A stretch of DNA of 64,000 nucleotides, taken from IMG/VR virus record IMGVR_UViG_3300044878_000031, positions 32,001-96,000 of that record. One strand, given 5' to 3'. The notes beneath the pieces are model-generated. The model was not told where the DNA came from. It worked only from the letters and a program-made list of their open reading frames with translations, and ran no database searches. This document shows, in pieces, positions 10,033 through 16,516 of the stretch; the first letter of the stretch is position 1; each line of letters begins with the position of its first letter. The position numbers and the translations under genes were made by a program. This DNA comes from a virus.

Positions 10033-10452
10033 TTAGCTGAAGGTGTTGATCAAGATATTTCTTCCGACCCATTGAGCAATCCCGTGGTAACCTAGGTTAG
10101 GCTGCGGGACGTATTGATTAACCATCGCCTGTATCCGCCCGTGTAACTCCTGAGCAAGGCATGTAAGCTGATGGATGGTGATTGCCTCATCGTCGGTCAT
10201 TTCCATCTGAGGATTCGCACGATGAGCTATGAAGTAATCTGACATGACGGACATAGCCGACCAGGTAAAACCTGGTCGATTATTGAACGAAAGGTTCAGA
10301 TTAGATACATCGAAGGACAGGTGCACCAGATCCATTAGGCTGAGCTTGTGCTCAGCCAGGTATGGGGACAGGTGTTCGTACTCCTTGATGATCCGCTCCA
10401 CAGGTACAAGGATTTTTGGGTTTTGCACGATGATAAAACCTCTCATATACAC
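10033..10452 (-). CDS. Hypothetical protein
   Basis: ORF in a tightly packed operon. Confidence 0.78.
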   Translation of the reverse strand: MYMRGFIIVQNPKILVPVERIIKEYEHLSPYLAEHKLSLMDLVHLSFDVSNLNLSFNNRPGFTWSAMSVMSDYFIAHRANPQMEMTDDEAITIHQLTCLAQELHGRIQAMVNQYVPQPNLGYHGIAQWVGRNILINTFS

Positions 10453-10459
10453 CTACTGA

Positions 10460-10813
10460 TTAGATGTCGTTGAGTTCGATTCCATACCCTCGATGGAATA
10501 GTCGCATATCAAACGACTGGAAGTCTATTCGCCTCACATAGCGTGCTATCACTTTCTGGACACGGATGTAGTCGTCCTCGTAAGTGAGCATTGGAATATG
10601 GTTACGCATGAAGCGCTCATACTCCTGGTTACTCAGGTTCTGGATTAGAAAATCATCCATGGCACAAACCACACTGGCATCGTAGTCGTAAGGATCACGA
10701 GTCAGCTCACCATAGATGACGTTCTGGATGAAGTCTTCACGACTCAATCCCAGCAGCGATAACACTTGTGGCGATACTGCTGGGAGTGTGTCATCAGGAA
10801 TGTAGATCCGCAT
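10460..10813 (-). CDS. Hypothetical protein
   Basis: ORF with AGGA RBS. Confidence 0.78.
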   Translation of the reverse strand: MRIYIPDDTLPAVSPQVLSLLGLSREDFIQNVIYGELTRDPYDYDASVVCAMDDFLIQNLSNQEYERFMRNHIPMLTYEDDYIRVQKVIARYVRRIDFQSFDMRLFHRGYGIELNDI

Positions 10814-10821
10814 GGTTATTC

Positions 10822-11298
10822 CTAGATGTCGATTAAGTCGCCTTTAACACCAAGGTGCTTACGAAGCGATTCTGGGTACCAATCACCCTGATCAACCCCG
10901 TTCTGTACCTCTTGCCTTAAACGTTCCATAGGCGTGCCCTCAGGACGACAGAGAGCCAATTGGGAGATCACAATGTCGCTGCGACCGGTCATTTCGAAAT
11001 GCCACGACCAATCATCAGGGTTCACTTGGATCAACCGCCAGATGTACCGCTTGATCGAATCAATGGCTTCATCAACCATGTCCTCGGCTTCAGCGGCTGG
11101 TATAGTTGCATCGTACTCACAGATCTGTCTTACAATCTGCGCATGAGCTGAGAATACGTTGCCGTAGAAACAGTTCTCCGCAATGTGCGAGATCATGCCT
11201 GCGAGGTTCAGGTATTTCGCTTTGTTACCTAGCCACGGCTGTAACCGCATCTCCAGTTGTTTAATTACTGGAGTTCCAGGGATGACATAAGTGGCCAT
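10822..11298 (-). CDS. Hypothetical protein
   Basis: ORF; probable start ATG 11298 with GGAG RBS. Confidence 0.78.
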   Translation of the reverse strand: MATYVIPGTPVIKQLEMRLQPWLGNKAKYLNLAGMISHIAENCFYGNVFSAHAQIVRQICEYDATIPAAEAEDMVDEAIDSIKRYIWRLIQVNPDDWSWHFEMTGRSDIVISQLALCRPEGTPMERLRQEVQNGVDQGDWYPESLRKHLGVKGDLIDI

Positions 11299-11776
11299 TA
11301 GTGTTGCTCCAATCCCAAACGCGGTAGTCACCTTTTCTCTCCACTAACAAGTTCTCACCCAAAGGTTTGATCAGACAAACGTCCCAAGTAGAATCACCGA
11401 ACAGCTTAGTGAACACTTGGTTGATCGCACAGTAAGTCGGGTCCATTACTTCATCAGTCAGGATGGCATGGAACTCGGGGTGTAGGTGTTCATCGTTTGG
11501 GAACAACCGGGTCATGGCCCCAGATACGTGACCATGTTCGAGGAACTCCCGAGGGAATGCTCCGAAAGCTTTCGACAGCGTACGCTTACGAACTTCGAAT
11601 TCGTACCAACGCATCCAACCGCGAAGCTCTTGTAGCACCATAGCTCGAGCCATCAAACGACACTTACTAGCTGTCGCTACCGGGATTAGGTGTGACAAGC
11701 CCACAGCAATGAGCGTGTTGTCTAACCGGAATTTGAATTGTAGCGCTGTTGCATCGACAGGATACAAAAAGTCCAT
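11261..11776 (-). CDS. Hypothetical protein (conserved phiKZ-like, C-terminal GDYRV motif)
   Basis: ORF with AGGA RBS. Confidence 0.78.
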   Translation of the reverse strand: MDFLYPVDATALQFKFRLDNTLIAVGLSHLIPVATASKCRLMARAMVLQELRGWMRWYEFEVRKRTLSKAFGAFPREFLEHGHVSGAMTRLFPNDEHLHPEFHAILTDEVMDPTYCAINQVFTKLFGDSTWDVCLIKPLGENLLVERKGDYRVWDWSNTNGHLCHPWNSSN

Positions 11777-11784
11777 GGTGGTTC

Positions 11785-12138
11785 CTAACTACTTAAGTAC
11801 AGTCCTGTTGGGCGAATGTCTATTCGCAACTCACCCTCAGGAACATGGTGGTAGCCCTGTGACGTGATCAACTTGAACAATCTACTGCGGAGGATGTTAC
11901 TCCGATCAATGCGATGGATTACTCTCAGTATCGCCGGATTCACCGATACGTCTACGCTGAGTAGTGTGCAGGCCTCGATGCAGTCAGCCAACCAAGCACG
12001 TTCCACTTCATTAATAGTTGTCATGAAATCACAACCAGCGAACTGGTCACGAATCTCTGGCAACAGGATTGTTCCAGCTATCTCTTCCCGGACTAAGATT
12101 TGTAGGTTCCGATAATCGGCAACCAGTTGAAGTCCCAT
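11785..12138 (-). CDS. Hypothetical protein, first gene of an early operon
   Basis: ORF with AGGTGAG RBS downstream of an early promoter. Confidence 0.78.
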   Translation of the reverse strand: MGLQLVADYRNLQILVREEIAGTILLPEIRDQFAGCDFMTTINEVERAWLADCIEACTLLSVDVSVNPAILRVIHRIDRSNILRSRLFKLITSQGYHHVPEGELRIDIRPTGLYLSS

Positions 12139-12164
12139 AGTTTCTCACCTTTCTGAAGGTTAGT

Positions 12165-12190
12165 CACTTGGATAATATAGGTCTCAAACT
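12165..12190 (-). promoter_or_regulatory. Early promoter
   Basis: AGTTTGAGACC-TATATTAT-CCAAGTG on the minus strand (one mismatch to TATATTAC). Confidence 0.7.
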
Positions 12191-12289
12191 TATTGGTTTA
12201 ACGTGTATGCCCTTTGCTCTATAGGATCAGGGGTCTATGTCAATTTAAACGGTTCGTTGAACCACGGGGCTTACAGACGGCATAAAGAG

Positions 12290-12921
12290 ACGAAGACTCG
12301 CTAACACGCCCATGAGTAGGAATGCTAACGAGTCTTGTCCACACCACACCGAAAGCCGCTTAGGAGAACGACTGAATGAAGCACACGAAATGCTTCCCCA
12401 AGTGCATTCAGACAAGAGTGGCCACTAATGACCCGAATGAACTTGAGGCTGCATTTAGACGCTTAGACCGACCACTCGAAAGCGCACGGTCCGACTATCT
12501 ACAACTTGTGCCCTTCGCGGGGACACCTTACCTTTTGGCTAACCTAATTCTTGCGAGGACTTAGGTCGGCACCTTACTACCCCGTTGTTATAAGGTATAG
12601 GTACAACAGGGCCTGGCCCTAACACGGGCGAGGATACACACAGGCGACAAGCCGCGCTCGCAGCGGCCGCCTTATCGTGTCAAGCTACCCTCTCTCTTAG
12701 AGTCGTCTACACTTACTGGTTGACCTTGAAGGGGACCTGATTTGGGGTTCTGTCCTAAAAGTAGTAACAGTTCCTACGACGAACAGGGGATTAGCCTGTG
12801 AGGGTACAACATGGGGTGAGCGGGAAAGCCGAAACCTTCCAGACAGTTAATGTCCGACGGGGAGGGACCTGTCCAAGAGCTGGGTAGATAAAGTCCAGCT
12901 CAAGACTTGCGATACGCTCAC
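12290..12921. ncRNA. Candidate large structured non-coding RNA(s)
   Basis: ~630 nt with no credible ORF; more than 12 hairpins and a multibranch domain closed by GTGAGCG/CGCTCAC. Confidence 0.5.
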
Positions 12922-12928
12922 TTCTGGT

Positions 12929-13381
12929 TTAACGGCCGCACCAAGATTGCTTGGTACCACCGTCGTACGCAACTGCTAGACCATTCTTGATCAACAGTTC
13001 CGCGATGTCAATGTCGTCCACCATTACCTTGGAGACGATGCGGAAGTACTTGTCGCGTTCAGGTTCAACCAGAGTGATCTGGGTGGCTGAGTCGATGTAC
13101 TTCTTCAGGAGTAGCCGGGCTTGACGTGCTTTGGCTTTCTCAGCTTCTTGGTCAGCGACTGCTTTACAAGTGCTGCGCATCTCGGGAGTATCAATCCCAG
13201 CCAGACGAATACCGATGTTCTTTCCGAAGAGGTCAGGAACCTCAGGGATGTTTACATAGATAGTGTCGCCGTCGTAAACCCGCACAACCTGTTTAGGTTT
13301 CAGGTTAAAGCCACCGAAGGCAAAGACGCTGAACGAAGCCAACATCAATACCAGTGTTGCAGCAATGTTTCTAACGTTCAT
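12929..13381 (-). CDS. Thermonuclease (staphylococcal nuclease family) with a signal peptide
   Basis: VYDGDT, IRLAGIDTPE and DKYFR motifs; hydrophobic N-terminus ending in VFA; start ATG 13381 with GGAG RBS (the longer ORF call runs into tRNA-Leu). Confidence 0.9.
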   Translation of the reverse strand: MNVRNIAATLVLMLASFSVFAFGGFNLKPKQVVRVYDGDTIYVNIPEVPDLFGKNIGIRLAGIDTPEMRSTCKAVADQEAEKAKARQARLLLKKYIDSATQITLVEPERDKYFRIVSKVMVDDIDIAELLIKNGLAVAYDGGTKQSWCGR

Positions 13382-13428
13382 ACGTAACTCCAAGTGATAT
13401 AGAACATAGTATCGCTTGGGGCGATGTA

Positions 13429-13515
13429 TGGTACCCGAAGCCGGGGTCGAACCGGCACGGCCTTTCAGCCATCGCATTTTAAGTGCGGTGCGTCTACCGA
13501 TTTCACCATTCGGGC
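13429..13515 (-). tRNA. tRNA-Leu(UAA)
   Basis: Cloverleaf GCCCGAA/TTCGGGT, loop CTTAAAA, long variable arm, encoded CCA. Confidence 0.95.
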
Positions 13516-13601
13516 AAAAGGGTGCCTTCTCTCACGTCGGGACAGGGTTCTTTGTTTCCGGCGCAGATCCATCACTCATTGAGAGAGAAGACATAACAAC
13601 G

Positions 13602-13695
13602 TTGGGGGATCGACACGATAGGATTCGAACCTATGGACCGTAGCCAGCGCTTAGCGCTTGCCTTAAACCACTCAGCCACGCGTCGAAACCCCCAA
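13602..13695 (-). ncRNA. tRNA-like RNA with collapsed anticodon arm and extended acceptor stem
   Basis: Intact D arm and T arm (ATAGG-TTCGAAT-CCTAT); anticodon arm AGCGC-TAA-GCGCT; no CCA at the canonical position; outer TTGGGGG/CCCCCAA stem. Confidence 0.75.
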
Positions 13696-13816
13696 ACTCT
13701 GTGTACCACATTAGTCCTCCTAGTTCTGATTACCCTGCGCGTCAGGTCGGTCGTAACTAGGATGGGCGTGTACCGACGCCCCGTTTTACTTCTGTTCCCT
13801 AAGGAACCTTCTAATG

Positions 13817-13898
13817 TGCGGCCCTCGGCAAGATTCGAACTTGCGACCTTCACCGGACCGAAGTCCGACAACGTTCTAACCGACTGAACTACGAGGGC
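13817..13898 (-). ncRNA. tRNA-like RNA with a UUCG tetraloop in place of the anticodon loop
   Basis: Perfect acceptor GCCCTCG/CGAGGGC, canonical D and T arms; central arm TTGTCGGAC-TTCG-GTCCGGTGA; ends CGCA. Confidence 0.8.
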
Positions 13899-13906
13899 AT
13901 TACAAA

Positions 13907-13992
13907 TGGCGGAAGGATAGAGATTCGAACTCTAGGACCTGTTACAGTCGACGGTTTTCAAGACCGCTGCAATACCGCTATGCGACCCTTCC
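13907..13992 (-). tRNA. tRNA-Ser(UGA)
   Basis: Cloverleaf, loop CTTGAAA, long variable arm, GCCA end. Confidence 0.95.
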
Positions 13993-14254
13993 GAAATCGA
14001 GCCGGGGCTTTCCCCGGAGTCACCACATAGCCAAGGCGGCGGCTATGAACCAATGGGAAACCCTGAGCAAGAGCCGATGGTACTCGGAGTCAGCAAGCTC
14101 ACCTCTATGGGGTACGAGATCTACGTGTATCGCTGTGTGAGCAACGATCCACTCCTTCGCAGGGGCAGGACACCAGGCAGGGCAGGCGCTTAGTGTTGGG
14201 CGGACCGTCTCGTTTATACTCGAGTACAGAAGCGCCTGAGGCGCGGTCCATAAA

Positions 14255-14342
14255 TGGCAGTAGATAAGAGATTCGAACTCTTGTGGCTGTTACACCAACA
14301 CGCTTTCCAGGCGTGCCCCTTAAGCCGCTCGGGCAATCTACT
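14255..14342 (-). tRNA. tRNA-Ser(GGA)
   Basis: Cloverleaf, loop CTGGAAA, long variable arm, GCCA end. Confidence 0.95.
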
Positions 14343-14349
14343 GTAGTGC

Positions 14350-14501
14350 TTCGATCATTACCCGGTGTGCGGTATATCGTATCCGCTCAGGCGTCCCAGC
14401 TAGGATTTCGGGTTGTACCTAGAATGCCGCCTTGGACGGGCGGAGTTATACCTTTCGGCGTTTTTAACTATTGGGACTCTTTTACCGCACCACTGATCGA
14501 A
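14350..14501 (-). ncRNA. Candidate structured RNA in a tRNA spacer
   Basis: Nested stems TTCGATCA/TGATCGAA, GTGCGGTA/TACCGCAC and GTCCCA/TGGGAC enclosing three hairpins, one with a GAAA tetraloop. Confidence 0.6.
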
Positions 14502-14572
14502 TTGCTTTATCGGGAATCGAACCCGAGTGAGCCGCCTGTGTGGCAGCCGTTCTACCATTGAACTATAAAGCG
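14502..14572 (-). tRNA. Atypical tRNA (nominal anticodon CAC, Val) or tRNA-like RNA
   Basis: Good D and T arms; anticodon loop CACACAG lacks U33; C1:A72 mismatch; no encoded CCA. Confidence 0.65.
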
Positions 14573-14576
14573 TGCT

Positions 14577-14651
14577 TGGCTCCGAGACCTGGACTCGAAC
14601 CAGGGACCAAACGGTTAACAGCCGTTTGCTCTACCACTGAGCTATCCCGGA
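14577..14651 (-). tRNA. tRNA-Asn(GUU)
   Basis: Cloverleaf, loop CTGTTAA, GCCA end. Confidence 0.95.
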
Positions 14652-14659
14652 ATGAAACT

Positions 14660-14842
14660 TTAGGCCGACTTCAGAACTTCAGTGACCTTGATCTCGCGAT
14701 CGTCGTAGACAACGCGCTGAGCTTGTTCACCGTCTTGCAGGATGAACTTCTCGTACACTTCGCCAGTAACGCGATTCACGATAACCACTTCGACTTCTTT
14801 ATCGGAAGCGCAGTGGGCTTGAGTAATAACTGTAGTAGTCAT
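14660..14842 (-). CDS. Small hypothetical protein (60 aa, beta-rich)
   Basis: AAGGAG RBS, highly expressed-type codon usage, directly downstream of the Tad2-like gene. Confidence 0.8.
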   Translation of the reverse strand: MTTTVITQAHCASDKEVEVVIVNRVTGEVYEKFILQDGEQAQRVVYDDREIKVTEVLKSA

Positions 14843-14851
14843 GACGACTCC

Positions 14852-15490
14852 TTAAACAGGGCGACGGTTGTAGTTGACGCGCTTAACTTCAAGCTCGACG
14901 AACAGCGCAATCGGATACCCTTCAGGCAGTTGTACAGCAACCTTGGAGTTTGTGGTCTCTTGGTTAACCGTAATGCTGAATGGAATTTTAACGACGCTAC
15001 CGAGAGTGCCGTTGAGGTGAATGTCTCGACCGATCTTTACAGACCGTGAGAAAGTCGCTGCAACTTCAACATCGTCTTTGGTAACGATGCGGAGAACCTT
15101 GACTGAGTCAATGCTGTCCGTGATGTCCACAGCAACGCCACTGGCTCCTACCAGACCGAACAGGCTCTTGGCATCACCGTCTTTCAACGGGAGGCGTACA
15201 TTGGAGACGTCAGTGTTGATGGAAGGTTCCGTCAGGATCTCCCAGTCTTTACCCAGTTGATCCGATTGAGCCGGATGCCACGGGGTGAAAACGTTCTGAG
15301 CTGTCTTCATGCCAACCCACGGTGCCAGTGTTGGACACTCGTTCTCACCAGGCTTGTAGCCCAGGGTTGCACAACCTACATCGTAATTACCCGGAGTGAC
15401 TAACACCAACCACATGTCTTTGCCATTCCAACTTGGGCGAGTAACACGCTTGCCTTCATGCAATGCCGCAATTGCTGCACCGAAGTCCAT
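14852..15490 (-). CDS. DUF2829 / Tad2-like anti-Thoeris sponge domain fused to an extra C-terminal domain
   Basis: MDFGAAIAALHEGKRVTRPSWNGKDMWL ... PWHPAQSDQLGKDWEI matches the DUF2829 pattern; start ATG 15490 with AAGGA RBS. Confidence 0.82.
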   Translation of the reverse strand: MDFGAAIAALHEGKRVTRPSWNGKDMWLVLVTPGNYDVGCATLGYKPGENECPTLAPWVGMKTAQNVFTPWHPAQSDQLGKDWEILTEPSINTDVSNVRLPLKDGDAKSLFGLVGASGVAVDITDSIDSVKVLRIVTKDDVEVAATFSRSVKIGRDIHLNGTLGSVVKIPFSITVNQETTNSKVAVQLPEGYPIALFVELEVKRVNYNRRPV

Positions 15491-15500
15491 GGGTAATTCC

Positions 15501-15662
15501 TTAACAAACGAGGATAGGGACTGGAATGCCTTTCTCGGCACAGACGCGCTTTAAAGCTTCGTCTGCATCTTTCCAGCGCTGTAGTCGGGCGAGGCTTTGC
15601 TCACGAGACTGCGGAGTAATCTTGGAACGATCCAGATCACGTAAGCGAAAGACCGGAACCAT
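15501..15662 (-). CDS. Small hypothetical protein (53 aa, MVPVFRLRDLDRSK...)
   Basis: AGGAGG RBS; fills the gap between tRNA-Ser and the Tad2-like gene; below the ORF-track size cutoff. Confidence 0.65.
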   Translation of the reverse strand: MVPVFRLRDLDRSKITPQSREQSLARLQRWKDADEALKRVCAEKGIPVPILVC

Positions 15663-15678
15663 GAGGCCTCCTAAAACG

Positions 15679-15766
15679 TGGCGGCGGGTGAAGGATTTGA
15701 ACCCTCGGGGCTGTTACACCCTCTCCCTTAGCAAGGGAGCGCATTAAACCACTCTGCCAACCCACC
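15679..15766 (-). tRNA. tRNA-Ser(GCU)
   Basis: Cloverleaf, loop TTGCTAA, long variable arm, GCCA end. Confidence 0.95.
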
Positions 15767-15773
15767 GTGAAAA

Positions 15774-15850
15774 TGGCGCCTCCGAACGGACTTGAACCGT
15801 CGACCCCTAGCGTGACAGGCTAGTGCTCTAACCAACTGAGCTACGGAAGC
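15774..15850 (-). tRNA. tRNA-Asp(GUC)
   Basis: Cloverleaf, loop CTGTCAC, GCCA end. Confidence 0.95.
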
Positions 15851-16044
15851 GTAAACGTCCTGAGGAATATGGACTCTGCAATCACCCAGACTGTGCCTGT
15901 AGGTGCATCGCGTGTAGGCTCAAGGTTCGTGTAGACTACCATGGGCCAAGAACAGTCCTGAGCATGACGAGCAAGGCTTAGCACTTTAAAGCGCAGCCCG
16001 CTAGGAGATAGATACTCTCCTTTCTCTTCAATAGTCTCAAGCAT
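15841..16044 (-). CDS. DUF1653-like small protein
   Basis: G-x-x-F-x-V-x-x-x-A-x-H ... VVY-x-x-L ... W ... F pattern; start ATG 16044 with GAGGA RBS; stop codon lies inside the tRNA-Asp 5' end. Confidence 0.65.
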   Translation of the reverse strand: MLETIEEKGEYLSPSGLRFKVLSLARHAQDCSWPMVVYTNLEPTRDAPTGTVWVIAESIFLRTFTLP

Positions 16045-16298
16045 GTTCGTTCCTCGAATTTGTTGCCTACTTGCTTCCCGTTTGAAGCGGGTTGCTAAAC
16101 TCATGTGTAACCAGACGCCCCGCAGGTCATGGGCTTTATCTATCTAGCCAAGCCGCCCCCGAGGGCACCGAGTTAGATCCACTGGATTACGAGTTAGGTG
16201 ATCCTCTCAGCGTTTGTCACGCCAAGTTAAACATGAAGACCGGGAACGGCTATCCGCGAATTCGCAAGCCAATAGTTCTTCAACGTAAGGATCGTAAA

Positions 16299-16384
16299 TG
16301 GTGGGTGAGGTAGGATTCGAACCTACGAAGCCATCGGCGTCAGATTTACAATCTGATAACTTTGAACCACTTGTATACTCACCC
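16299..16384 (-). tRNA. tRNA-Tyr(GUA)
   Basis: Cloverleaf, loop TTGTAAA, long variable arm, ACCA end. Confidence 0.93.
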
Positions 16385-16389
16385 GGTAA

Positions 16390-16473
16390 AGCTGACAATG
16401 TTAGGCATCGAAGCCCTGCTAGTTCCCGGACCGCACTAGCTTTCCATTAACGACGGCTGACGCGTTGTCAGCT
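16390..16473 (-). ncRNA. Cloverleaf-like RNA with a T-loop-like hairpin
   Basis: AGCTGACAA/TTGTCAGCT closing stem enclosing three hairpins, the last GGC-TTCGAT-GCC. Confidence 0.55.
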
Positions 16474-16516
16474 ATGGCCCTCGCTAATGACTCCCCAGGA
16501 GTGCACTGCCACAAAA

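Noticed and set aside
12817-12900. Group I intron-like words (GCGGGAAAG; AGATAAAGTCC)
   Set aside because: Only ~65 nt apart, with no R element/P7 partner and no interrupted host gene.
13416-16400. ORF-track calls overlapping tRNAs (e.g. 13416-13643, 13572-13871, 14283-14561, 14540-15049, 16207-16398)
   Set aside because: They are translations of tRNA or structured RNA sequence, or antisense to real genes.
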